From NCBI GenBank assembly GCA_035500975.1, contig DATJWT010000078.1, positions 1 to 42,239 of the forward strand: 42,239 bases of DNA, in the 5' to 3' direction. The stretch is from Candidatus Binataceae bacterium. Its GTDB lineage: Bacteria; Desulfobacterota; Binatia; Binatales; Binataceae. Both the position numbers and the translations under genes were made by a program. Shown piece after piece: positions 34,407 through 42,239 of this stretch. Position 1 is the stretch's first letter, and each line of letters opens with the position of its first letter. The notes beneath the pieces are model-generated. The model was given only the letters and a program-made list of their open reading frames with translations, had not been told where the DNA came from and ran no database searches.

Positions 34407-35906
34407 CTACTCGATCCCGTACTTCGCTATCTTTGCGTAAAGCTTCTTGCGAGAAATACGGAGAAGCTTGGCCGCCCGAACCTTGTTGCCTTCAGTGGTT
34501 TCAAGTGCGCGCCGAATAATCGCACGCTCGCTTTCGGCGAAACTTCCGATCGGCAGGCTCTGCGCCGCGCCCTGATGCTCGGGAGTGATGGTTGCGCCAG
34601 CAACAGGATGCGGCAGATCGCGCAGGCGAATTGTCGGAGAGTGGCTGAAGGTAAACGCGCTCTCGATAGTATTGGCGAGCTCGCGCACGTTGCCGGGCCA
34701 CTTGTAGTTGCGCATGGCCATCAGCGCATCTTCCTCGACTCCCGCGATCGGAGTTGGCCTGGTTTGCCGCGCGTTGAACAAATCGACGAAGTGTTCGACC
34801 AGCAGGGGGACGTCTTCCAGTCGGTCTCGCAGCGGAGGAATGTGAATAACGCTGGCCTGCAGCCGGTAGTACAAGTCCTGCCTGAGCTGGCCGCTTTGAA
34901 CCGCTTCTTGCGGATCGCGATTGGTTGACGCGATGAGCCTGACTTCGACGGGAATCTCCCGGGTCGATCCGACCGGGCGTACCGCGCGTTCCTGGACGGC
35001 GCGCAGCAGCTTGGTCTGAGTGTCCGGACCCATCTCGGTGATTTCGTCAAGGAACAACGTTCCACCTTCAGCCGCGCGAAAGAGGCCGAGGTACTCGGTG
35101 TTCGCGCCGCTAAACGCACCCCGCTTGTAACCGAACAACTCGCTTTCGATCAGATCCTTGGGGATCGCGGCGCAGTTCAGCGCGATAAACGGCGCTCCCG
35201 GGTTTGAGCCGCTCTCGTGAATGGCGCGAGCGACTAGTTCTTTTCCCGTGCCGCTTTCGCCGACGATGAGAATCGTTCCACGCGTGGCCGCTGCCGATTC
35301 GATTCTCTCGTAGAGTTGATGCATCGCCGGCGTCGCGCCCACCAGGCCCTGGAAGATGGTGCGTTGCTCGCGCGGCGCCATGCTGGCTTGTCGTTCGAGC
35401 GCGCTGATGCGTGCACTCGAGACAGCGCTTTTCGAGCGAAAGTAGATGTCCGCCAGGACGATCATGCGGATGTGGCTCAGCTTGTCGAAAGCCTGGTAGA
35501 TCCGCGGCATCAGCGGGGGGAACGCAGGAAACGCAGTCGAAGCACTCTCCTCGAACAGATGCATCGAGACGATGAGTTCCGAGAAGGGCACGCCTCGGTC
35601 GGCCAGCCGCTCGCCGATCTTGCGGATGTCGGCGGCGAACTTGTCCATATCCTTGTCGATCAGATCGTGCAGCGTTGCGTCGAGCTCGCTGCCGAAGATT
35701 TCCATGAACTCGTTTCGGTTGAGTGCGCGGCTGTCCCCAAAATGCAGGATGTAGAGCTTGTGCCAGTGCTCGAGGACCTCGGCGCGATGGCGCTGGATCG
35801 ATTCGAAGACCGAGCGCAGATCGTCGAGCTCGGTATCCCACAGAAGATGAAAATAGCGGGGCCCGGTGCCGGGTAAATTATCAGCAGGCGTAGCTTTGGC
35901 TTCCAT
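34407..35906 (-). CDS. Sigma-54-dependent transcriptional activator (bEBP) with a non-receiver helical N-terminal domain
   Basis: 499 aa. The AAA+ core has Walker A GESGTGKE, GAFSGA (the GAFTGA loop), ELFGY and RLIASTN. The C-terminal Fis-type HTH is GNKVRAAKLLRISRKKLYAKI. The N-terminal roughly 190 aa lack REC, PAS and GAF hallmarks. Confidence 0.9.
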   Translation of the reverse strand: MEAKATPADNLPGTGPRYFHLLWDTELDDLRSVFESIQRHRAEVLEHWHKLYILHFGDSRALNRNEFMEIFGSELDATLHDLIDKDMDKFAADIRKIGERLADRGVPFSELIVSMHLFEESASTAFPAFPPLMPRIYQAFDKLSHIRMIVLADIYFRSKSAVSSARISALERQASMAPREQRTIFQGLVGATPAMHQLYERIESAAATRGTILIVGESGTGKELVARAIHESGSNPGAPFIALNCAAIPKDLIESELFGYKRGAFSGANTEYLGLFRAAEGGTLFLDEITEMGPDTQTKLLRAVQERAVRPVGSTREIPVEVRLIASTNRDPQEAVQSGQLRQDLYYRLQASVIHIPPLRDRLEDVPLLVEHFVDLFNARQTRPTPIAGVEEDALMAMRNYKWPGNVRELANTIESAFTFSHSPTIRLRDLPHPVAGATITPEHQGAAQSLPIGSFAESERAIIRRALETTEGNKVRAAKLLRISRKKLYAKIAKYGIE

Positions 35907-36080
35907 CTGGGGGCTTACTTCCCTGGTCTCGTCGCCTCAGGCCCTGATGCCGACGGAAGCAGAACCGCTCGGCGTACCGTGCCCGGAAGCGCCAACACTA
36001 TTACCAAAGCCCGCTTACCACAAATTGGGAGGAGGCGTAATCTCGGGTTTTTCCAAGGGAATTCGCGGTTTCGGCTGCTC

Positions 36081-36096
36081 TGGCATACTTCCCGCA
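36081..36096 (+). promoter_or_regulatory. Candidate sigma-54 (-24/-12) promoter
   Basis: cTGGCAT-ACTTC-CCGCA has the GG and GC at the exact consensus spacing (TGGCAC-N5-TTGCW). It lies in the divergent intergenic region next to the bEBP gene, about 85 nt upstream of the 36179 ORF. Confidence 0.4.
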
Positions 36097-36178
36097 TTTG
36101 CCAAGCCTGCGCAAAGCTCGACAAAACGCTTAGCGAACGAGTGCGGCGATGCTCAGAACTTAAGAACGGATCTTCGCT

Positions 36179-36661
36179 TTGGCAAGACTTACTGGAATTC
36201 GTGGGGAGTTTGAGGCAAGCGGTCGATTGACCGGGACCGGAAACCTGCGCAGGCGGCGCGATCGCTCGAAGGCCTCCAACAAGGTTCCGCGCGTAGTGTT
36301 GATTTTTTCCGCGGACGAATGGCTGATCGAAATCGTCAAGCACGGACTGGGGCCGGTATGGATGGTGGAGCTATGCCTGGATCCGATTCACGCACATGCG
36401 CAGCTGACCAAACCCGGTATCCGTATCGTCGTGGTCGACGACGGAGCCATCGAGGAAACCACCCGCGGATGGCTCTTGGACCAGGCGAAAAGACTGGCAC
36501 CGCAAGCCCTGGTTGCCTATATAGCGTCGAATCACAATCCCGATGTTGAACGGCAGGCCCGGTCGCATCGCATCCAGTACTACATCGCGAAGCCCATCGA
36601 TCCGGAGCGGATCGTTACGGTGCTGCGCGCGTTCGCCGATGCGGCAGGCTTGCCGATCTGA
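36179..36661 (+). CDS. Receiver (REC)-like single-domain protein with a degenerate acidic pocket; start uncertain
   Basis: VVLIFSADE...IRIVVVDDG...LVAYIASN...YYIAKPID follows the beta-alpha pattern of CheY-like receivers, including the conserved KP. The N-terminal DD pair is replaced by SAD. The ORF-track start is TTG, and an alternative GTG lies near 36293. Confidence 0.5.
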   Translation: MARLTGIRGEFEASGRLTGTGNLRRRRDRSKASNKVPRVVLIFSADEWLIEIVKHGLGPVWMVELCLDPIHAHAQLTKPGIRIVVVDDGAIEETTRGWLLDQAKRLAPQALVAYIASNHNPDVERQARSHRIQYYIAKPIDPERIVTVLRAFADAAGLPI

Positions 36662-36673
36662 TCCCTTCACTTC

Positions 36674-37717
36674 CTACAGTCCGACGAGCCGCTTGAGGCT
36701 GGTCGCCTCTCCAATGACGACCAGGTAGTCGCCGCTCTGCACTCGGCTCGCAGATTCGGGGATCATGGAGATCGGTTCGTCGCCGCGCTTGATCGCGACC
36801 ACGCGCAGTCGCGCGTTGGCCCGTTCGATTTCAGCGATCGTGCGTCCATCGATAGGGCTCCCGGCTTCGACCTTGATTTCTTCAAGGTCAACCTCGGACT
36901 CACGTCCGGGGACGGACAGTTCAAGAAAATCGACCACCGAGGGGCGCAGGATACTCGCCGCGATTCGCATTCCGCCCCACTGGTAGGCGGACAAAGTCTG
37001 ATCCGCGCCGGCCAGCCTGAGCCTGCGCAAACCCGCCTCGGAGTCGCCCCTCGCATGAATCAACGCATGGGGGTTTTTCTCGCGTGCAGACAGCGTGATG
37101 TACACGTTGTCGGCGTCCGATGCGGTTGCGACCACGACTGCGCGCGCGGTACGCACTCCCGCTTCTTCGATCACCGTTTCTTCCAGCGCGGAACCGATTA
37201 CATAGAGCAGACCGCTCGCGGACAGCTCGGGTTCCCGTGCCGGATCCGATTCAATCACCACCATCGGCACCTGGTGGCGCTTCAGCTCTTCGACCACCGC
37301 TCTACCGAGGCGTCCGAACCCGCAAACGATTACGTGCTCGTGCAGATTGTGAATCTTGCGATTCATCGCGCTCCTTCCAAAGAAATCCCGCAAACTTCCT
37401 TCGATCACCAGCTCCGCAACCGCGGTTAGAAGATAGACAACGCTACCGACGCCCACGACGATAAGTACGATCGTGAACAGGCGTCCACCGGGTCCAAGTG
37501 GCTTGACCTCTCCAAAGCCGACCGTCGAGACGGTTATGACCGACATGTACAGCGCATCGATAAACGTCATGTCCCCGATGAGCATGTAGCCGGCCGTGCC
37601 CGCGAGCACGATCAGCAAGATTCCTCCGACGGCATAGGCGAATCGATGTGCCGGCGTCGTGCGATCCGGAGACCCAACGGCGGGCTGTTCTTGCGGTCTG
37701 AATGGGAAGGCTGTCAC
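36674..37717 (-). CDS. Potassium channel protein with RCK (TrkA-N / TrkA-C) domains
   Basis: The pore region has ALYMSVITVSTVGFGEV (a TVGFG filter variant). The Rossmann motif is VIVCGFGRLGRAV (TrkA-N), and a C-terminal TrkA-C-like segment is present. The start was set at GTG 37717, before the first TM. The ORF-track extension to 38008 is Ser/Pro/Arg-rich and overlaps the divergent promoter region. Confidence 0.78.
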   Translation of the reverse strand: MTAFPFRPQEQPAVGSPDRTTPAHRFAYAVGGILLIVLAGTAGYMLIGDMTFIDALYMSVITVSTVGFGEVKPLGPGGRLFTIVLIVVGVGSVVYLLTAVAELVIEGSLRDFFGRSAMNRKIHNLHEHVIVCGFGRLGRAVVEELKRHQVPMVVIESDPAREPELSASGLLYVIGSALEETVIEEAGVRTARAVVVATASDADNVYITLSAREKNPHALIHARGDSEAGLRRLRLAGADQTLSAYQWGGMRIAASILRPSVVDFLELSVPGRESEVDLEEIKVEAGSPIDGRTIAEIERANARLRVVAIKRGDEPISMIPESASRVQSGDYLVVIGEATSLKRLVGL

Positions 37718-37947
37718 GCGTGCCGAAACCGAGATTGCATGGCCGGTCAAAGCGAATCTCGTGCCACGATCGCCGCAGGCACAGCCTTGCAAGGCACGGC
37801 GAAAACAGGATCGCCGTGAGGCCGAGGTGCGGAAGGTGTATCCATAGGAGCCATTCTCCCTGGTTCCGGGAGGAGGAGACAAAGTTAATTCGAAGGCTGC
37901 GGCAGAAACAGGCTGGCAGGCGGTTTGCGATGGGAGTGGGGGTTCGA

Positions 37948-39180
37948 ATGGCCAAAATGAAGAACTACCAGGAACTGGCGATCGGCTTGCCGAGGCAATG
38001 CGCTTCACTTCGCGATGAGGCCCATCGTTTCGCCGAAGAGGTAATACGTCCCGCGGCCCGGAACCTCGATCATCCAGATATACAGCCTCCTGTCATCAAT
38101 CCCGACTCCTCGCTCTTGCAGATTATCAAGGCCGCCTACGGACTCGGCTATCATCGCGCCGTTCTTCCCGCGCATTTCGGCGGGCTGGGTTTGCCTTCTC
38201 TCGGCATCCACATACTGCTGGAGGAACTCGGATGGGGCAGCGCTGGGATTGCATTGAGCCTGCTCTCCTCAAGCCTGCCTGTATTGGCGCTCATCGCCGA
38301 CGGCCGGTCGAAAATGATAGAGCGCTTCGTGAAACCATTCGTGGAAAATCGCGATGCGTCCTGGATTGGATGTTGGGCTCTCAGTGAGCCGCGTCACGGG
38401 TCAGATCATTTCCTGGTCGGAAGCGACGAATTTCGCTATCCGACCAACGGCGTCGATCTGATCGCACGAGCGGATAGCCGAAAGTACGTGCTGGAAGGGC
38501 GAAAAGCTGCATGGATCACCAACGGCGGAATCGCGACCCACGCCCTTTGCTCCGTGACGATCGAGCCTTCTAAGGCCGCCCAGGTTTTCATGGTGGTTCC
38601 GCTGGATTTGCCGGGCGTCTCGCGAAGTCCAGCACCGGCCAAGCTTGGTCAGCGGGAAATGAACCAGGCTCAGATTGTGTTCAACAAAGTCGAAGTACCG
38701 CGCGAGTACTTGCTCAAGGGTGAGGGTTTCGAACAGGAAGTCGCGCGTCTGCTTACCTTGGCGCACTCTGGCATGGCGGCAATCATTACCGGTGCGGCCC
38801 GTGCCGCGTACGAAGCGGCGCTGGATCATTCCACTCGCCGACGACAGGGGGGCAAGCGCATCTGCGACCATCAGCTTGTGAGGCAAGCGCTGTTCGAGAT
38901 GTTTACCGGAGTGGAGGCCTGCAGAGCATTTTCCCGCGCCGCCCTGGTCTACAACTGGGAGACGGTTAAACCTTCATTGGAAACTGCGATCGCCGCGAAG
39001 ATTTTCTGCACTCGTACAGCGCTACAGGTGGTCGACAGAGCGATGCAGGTGTTTGGCGCCGACGGGACGGCGGTAGGAAATCCGGTAGAAAAGCTCTACC
39101 GGGACATTCGCGTTTCGATCGTCGAGCAAGGCAGCAACGAAGTGCTGATGCTCGCCGGAGCCAACGCGATTCTTTCGTAA
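37948..39180 (+). CDS. Acyl-CoA dehydrogenase family protein
   Basis: The start was chosen at ATG 37948 after a GGGAGTGGGGG RBS. The three-domain ACAD pattern is present: an N-terminal helical domain, a middle beta domain (WALSEPRHGSD, WITNG) and a C-terminal helical domain (QVFGADG...YRD.R...I.EG). Confidence 0.85.
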   Translation: MAKMKNYQELAIGLPRQCASLRDEAHRFAEEVIRPAARNLDHPDIQPPVINPDSSLLQIIKAAYGLGYHRAVLPAHFGGLGLPSLGIHILLEELGWGSAGIALSLLSSSLPVLALIADGRSKMIERFVKPFVENRDASWIGCWALSEPRHGSDHFLVGSDEFRYPTNGVDLIARADSRKYVLEGRKAAWITNGGIATHALCSVTIEPSKAAQVFMVVPLDLPGVSRSPAPAKLGQREMNQAQIVFNKVEVPREYLLKGEGFEQEVARLLTLAHSGMAAIITGAARAAYEAALDHSTRRRQGGKRICDHQLVRQALFEMFTGVEACRAFSRAALVYNWETVKPSLETAIAAKIFCTRTALQVVDRAMQVFGADGTAVGNPVEKLYRDIRVSIVEQGSNEVLMLAGANAILS

Positions 39181-39198
39181 GATGCGGGCCGACTGGAA

Positions 39199-39693
39199 CT
39201 AGGGACTGCCCACCTGGAGATCCAGGTAGGCTGCCCCAACGGATACATCGAGCCCGATATCGCCTTCGATGCTGATGGGCTGAAGCGATATGGACCCGCT
39301 CGAACCTCCGACCAGTACGTTTAAACCTCCGCCGGCGCCCAACGTCGCTCCAGCACTCGCGCCGGCATAGTGGCCCGCGAGCGCGCCCTCATAAATTGTG
39401 CTGGACGGCGCCAACACGGCCCATACTATTACGCCCGAGCTGAGGTAGCCGATGTCGACTCCCAGCTTGGCCAATTCTCCATTGTAGTGTTCCACCTCGC
39501 CACGCTGCGGCGTGAACGTGCATTCCAGGTACCGCGATGATCCCACCAGGTAGCTCCATCCGTGCCACACCTCGCAGCGAAGGCTGCCGACCTTAAGTTC
39601 ACCTCGGTCGCTTTCTTGATCTTCAGCGCGTAATGGCTCGACCAACACGAGAAGCAGCGCGATTGCGAGCGCGAGGAACCCGACGATTCTCAT
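39199..39693 (-). CDS. Secreted DUF992 family protein
   Basis: 164 aa with a signal peptide. It has the GSLRCEV...SSRYLECTF...YNGELAKLGVDIGY...VWAVLAPS...GALAGHYAGASAGATLGAGGGLNVLVGG...SLQPISIEG pattern, which I recall as DUF992. Confidence 0.68.
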   Translation of the reverse strand: MRIVGFLALAIALLLVLVEPLRAEDQESDRGELKVGSLRCEVWHGWSYLVGSSRYLECTFTPQRGEVEHYNGELAKLGVDIGYLSSGVIVWAVLAPSSTIYEGALAGHYAGASAGATLGAGGGLNVLVGGSSGSISLQPISIEGDIGLDVSVGAAYLDLQVGSP

Positions 39694-39884
39694 CGCATGC
39701 GTCGGGCGGCGGCTTTCTGACTGGCCGGAACGTGGGTCTCCCGATGGGCCATTTTTTTGAAGATGGTCATCACGACCCGGTAGAACCGATCTCCGGTCAG
39801 ATCGGGATATTCCTCGCGCGCCCGGGCTTTGGCGCGTTCCCAGGCGATTTCATCTTCGCGAGTTTTTACTACGTTCACTGGCAT
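39690..39884 (-). CDS. Small (64 aa) hypothetical protein translationally coupled to the DUF992 gene
   Basis: The ATG at 39884 is preceded by GGAGGAGG. Its stop overlaps the DUF992 ATG (ATGA). The sequence is MPVNVVKTREDEIAWERAKARAREEYPDLTGDRFYRVVMTIFKKMAHRE... The remainder of the 230-aa track ORF upstream looks non-coding. Confidence 0.5.
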   Translation of the reverse strand: MPVNVVKTREDEIAWERAKARAREEYPDLTGDRFYRVVMTIFKKMAHRETHVPASQKAAARRMR

Positions 39885-40096
39885 AAAAGGGGCATCCTCC
39901 TCCCCGCTTAGCCACAGCCATGCCAATGAATCAGCGGAAAGGGATCGATGCGCTCCAATCGTTGTAGCCAGACGTAGGGTGATTCGGGGACCTCTGTGCG
40001 GGTCCGCTTTTGCGTTTGGGGACATGTTCACCGTCGAATGTCGCCTTCCGACACATCCTCCCGAAGCGAGCCGATATTCTTCGACGCTGCCGCAGT

Positions 40097-40112
40097 TGGC
40101 GCGGGCCTTGCT
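40097..40112 (+). promoter_or_regulatory. Candidate sigma-54 (-24/-12) promoter upstream of hsp20
   Basis: TGGCGC-GGGCC-TTGCT has exact -24 GG / -12 GC spacing and a canonical TTGC at -12. It lies about 50 nt upstream of the hsp20 ATG (40162). Confidence 0.55.
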
Positions 40113-40161
40113 CAAGACTTCTCTGAAAACCATCACCCCTAAACGTACGGAGGAAAAAACA

Positions 40162-40629
40162 ATGGGAGCACTTTTACCCTGGAGGCCTTTTCGCGAACTG
40201 GAGCGGATGATGCGACGTATGGATTCGCCATTCCGTTTACTCGAGGAATTGCCCGAAATCAGTGAAGAGGGCTTGGTCCCGGCCGTCGAGAGCTTCGTCA
40301 AGGACGGCAATCTCGTTGTCCGCGCCGACGTTCCCGGCATGGACCCCAAGGATATCGATGTCAGCATCCTCGGCAATGTCATGACCGTGAAGGGCGAACG
40401 CCGCAGCGAGCAGGAGGTGAAGAAGGAAGACTATCTGCGCCGCGAAGTGTCCTACGGATCGTTCGAGCGCCGCATGACCCTTCCCGAGGGCGCCGCAGTC
40501 GACAAAGTCAAGGCGACCTTCAAGAACGGGGTCCTCGAGGTCACCCTTCCGATGGCAAGGGAGGCCGTGGCGAAGAAGGTGCCGGTCGAGCCCGAAGCAG
40601 AGAAGAAAGTCGAAATCGCCAAGAAGTAG
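40162..40629 (+). CDS. Small heat-shock protein (Hsp20 / alpha-crystallin family)
   Basis: The ATG at 40162 follows a GGAGGA RBS. The alpha-crystallin domain contains VRADVPGMDPKDIDVSI....LTVKGER...E...YLRRE.SYGSFERRMTLPEG......A.FKNGVLEVTLP. Confidence 0.92.
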   Translation: MGALLPWRPFRELERMMRRMDSPFRLLEELPEISEEGLVPAVESFVKDGNLVVRADVPGMDPKDIDVSILGNVMTVKGERRSEQEVKKEDYLRREVSYGSFERRMTLPEGAAVDKVKATFKNGVLEVTLPMAREAVAKKVPVEPEAEKKVEIAKK

Positions 40630-40693
40630 TCAGGGAACGATCGTGGGCCTGGCGACTTTAAAGGCCGTCGGGCTCACGCACGGAGAGCATACG

Positions 40694-41176
40694 ATGAAGG
40701 TCAAAGAATTGATGACCACCGTCACGCAGTGCTGCCCGGAGTACGCGACCCTCAACACCGCGGCCCAACTGATGTGGGACAACGACATAGGCTGCCTTCC
40801 GATCGTTAACAAGGATGATCGAGTGATCGGGATGTTGACGGACCGCGATGTCTGCATGAGTGCGTACCTGCAGGGAGTTTCCCTCAGCGGGGCATTGGTA
40901 ACCTCGGCGATGTCGAAAGAGGTCTTTTCCTGTAACGCGGATGACGAGGTCGCGTCCGCCGAGCTAGTCATGAGGGAAAAGCAGGTCCATCGGCTTCCCG
41001 TCGTGGACTCGGAAGGGCATCCCGTCGGCCTGATTTCCCTAAACGACATCGCCCGCGAGGGAGCGCGCGAGACGGACTCCCGCAAGTCGCGACAAGTCAG
41101 CGATGCGGAGATAGTTCGAGCGCTTGCCGCGTTGTGTGCCCCTCGCCACCGAATCATCACGACCGAAGCCGCGTAG
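40694..41176 (+). CDS. CBS-domain pair protein
   Basis: The start was chosen at ATG 40694 (MKVKELMT...) after a GGAGAG RBS. There are two CBS motifs: IGCLPIVNKDDRVIGMLTDRDV and VHRLPVVDSEGHPVGLISLNDI. Confidence 0.85.
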   Translation: MKVKELMTTVTQCCPEYATLNTAAQLMWDNDIGCLPIVNKDDRVIGMLTDRDVCMSAYLQGVSLSGALVTSAMSKEVFSCNADDEVASAELVMREKQVHRLPVVDSEGHPVGLISLNDIAREGARETDSRKSRQVSDAEIVRALAALCAPRHRIITTEAA

Positions 41177-41211
41177 AAACGGGGTGACTTTCGGTCCGCC
41201 GCGGAGCTGCA

Positions 41212-42239
41212 ATGGCATATAGAGAACTCCATTTTGACTCGGAAGCCCGGGAGAAACTGCTCCGCGGCGCCAAAGCCCTGACCGACGCCGTGCGAATCAC
41301 GCTCGGACCCAAGTCCAAGTGCGTGCTAATCCAAAGAAGTTTCGGCGTGCCCCTGGTTTGCAATGACGGCGTAACCATCGCCAAGGAAGTTGAACTTAAG
41401 GATCCGTCCGAGAACCTTGGCGCCCAGATGATCCGACAAGCCGCCGAGCGCACCGGGGAAGCGGTCGGTGATGGAACCAGCACCGCGACGATCCTCGCGC
41501 ACGCAATTTTTGCGGAAGGCGTCCGCAATGTCGCGGCCGGCGCCAGTGCCATCGATCTCAAGCGCGGCATCGATCGCGGCACCAGGACTGCCATCGATGC
41601 TCTGCGCAAGCTTTCCAAGGCGGTGCAGAGCCGGCGCGAAAAGGCGCAAGTCGCCGCTATTTCCGCGCACAATGACATCGCAGTCGGTGAGTTGGTGGCC
41701 GATGCCTTCGAAAAAGTTGGGGCGGAGGGTGTGGTTTCGCTGGAAGAATCCAAAACCACCGAGACCCAGCTCGAAATCGTCGAGGGCCTCGCTTTCGATC
41801 GGGGCTACCTGTCGCCGTACTTCGTGACCGACCCGGAAAAAATGGAGGCCGCACTTGAAGACGCGCTGATCCTGATTACCGACAAAAAGATCGGCGTGAT
41901 GAAGGACCTGCTGCCGCTACTCGAGCAGATCGTGCGCGGCGGGCAGGCGCTGCTGATCATTGCCGAAGACGTCGACGGCGAGGCGCTTGCCACGCTGGTG
42001 GTGAACAAGCTGCGCGGCGCGCTCAAGTGCATCGCGGTCAAGGCGCCGGGATTCGGAGACCGCCGCAAAGAAATGCTCGAGGATATAGCGATACTGACCG
42101 GCGGTCGCGTCGTTTCCGAAGACTTGGGACTCAAGCTGGACAAGGTTGAATTAACGGCCTTAGGCCGCGCTCAGCGCGTGGTTGTCGATCGCGACAATAC
42201 CAAGATCATCGGCGGTCTCGGCGACAAGGAGCTTATCGA
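41212..42239 (+). CDS. groEL: Chaperonin GroEL (60 kDa), 3'-truncated by the window end
   Basis: Manual translation from ATG 41212 gives [36 protein letters not shown]...[14 protein letters not shown]...[24 protein letters not shown]. The ORF is absent from the track because it has no stop in the window. No groES lies upstream. Confidence 0.95.
   Translation, partial: MAYRELHFDSEAREKLLRGAKALTDAVRITLGPKSKCVLIQRSFGVPLVCNDGVTIAKEVELKDPSENLGAQMIRQAAERTGEAVGDGTSTATILAHAIFAEGVRNVAAGASAIDLKRGIDRGTRTAIDALRKLSKAVQSRREKAQVAAISAHNDIAVGELVADAFEKVGAEGVVSLEESKTTETQLEIVEGLAFDRGYLSPYFVTDPEKMEAALEDALILITDKKIGVMKDLLPLLEQIVRGGQALLIIAEDVDGEALATLVVNKLRGALKCIAVKAPGFGDRRKEMLEDIAILTGGRVVSEDLGLKLDKVELTALGRAQRVVVDRDNTKIIGGLGDKELI

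Noticed and set aside
33237-34928. 563-aa plus-strand ORF
   Set aside because: It is antisense to the alpha/beta hydrolase and the sigma-54 activator, both of which have clear catalytic motifs. No recognisable domain was seen in the antisense translation.
41177-41211. Expected CIRCE (HrcA) operator or groES upstream of groEL
   Set aside because: The spacer is only 35 nt and contains no TTAGCACTC-N9-GAGTGCTAA-like repeat. No groES-sized ORF is present. This is recorded as an absence, not a feature.

Overview
This is a high-GC, densely coding bacterial chromosomal window. I saw no rRNA, tRNA, CRISPR array, transposase or integrase. All family calls come from motif recognition in the supplied translations. 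No database search was run.

**Housekeeping genes**
- ispG, purN, folK, a DapL-type aminotransferase and dapB
- gpsA, ppa, speA and a 3'-truncated groEL

**Respiratory operon (5298-16476)**
- An 11.2 kb co-directional, translationally coupled operon encodes Alternative Complex III (actA, actB, actC, actD, actF) followed directly by a caa3-type oxidase.
- The oxidase genes are a CuA subunit II with a fused cytochrome c, a fused subunit I+III, subunit IV and CtaG.
- No monohaem actE is present.

**Most unusual regions**
1. 16711-19377: an 888-aa secreted or anchored protein whose core carries clear thaumatin-family signatures, which are rare in bacteria.
   - The core is expanded by Cys-rich inserts.
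   - It is followed by a Pro/Thr tandem-repeat linker, a beta-rich domain, and an odd C-terminus. That C-terminus has a sorting-signal-like TM plus KRRR, then an embedded lipobox.
2. 19473-22818: a divergent pair of uncharacterised membrane proteins, followed by a 2OG-Fe(II) oxygenase-like gene.
   - One is a 12-TM protein with a motif repeated in TM2, TM6 and TM10. This resembles the three-fold pseudo-symmetry of haem-copper oxidase subunit I, but the full ligand set is missing.
   - The other is an internally duplicated 2x4-TM protein.
3. 33495-36661 and 40097-42239: a sigma-54 activator with a non-receiver helical N-terminal domain, co-operonic with an alpha/beta hydrolase.
   - There are two candidate -24/-12 promoters. 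One lies upstream of a degenerate receiver-like gene.
   - The better match lies upstream of hsp20, a CBS-domain gene and a groES-less groEL.

**Other accessory-type genes**
- an orphan ArsS-like radical SAM enzyme
- an AAC(6')-Ib-like GNAT
- a partner-less ImmA/IrrE-like peptidase
- a tandem zinc-ribbon mini-protein
- a DUF992 secreted protein translationally coupled to a 64-aa ORF
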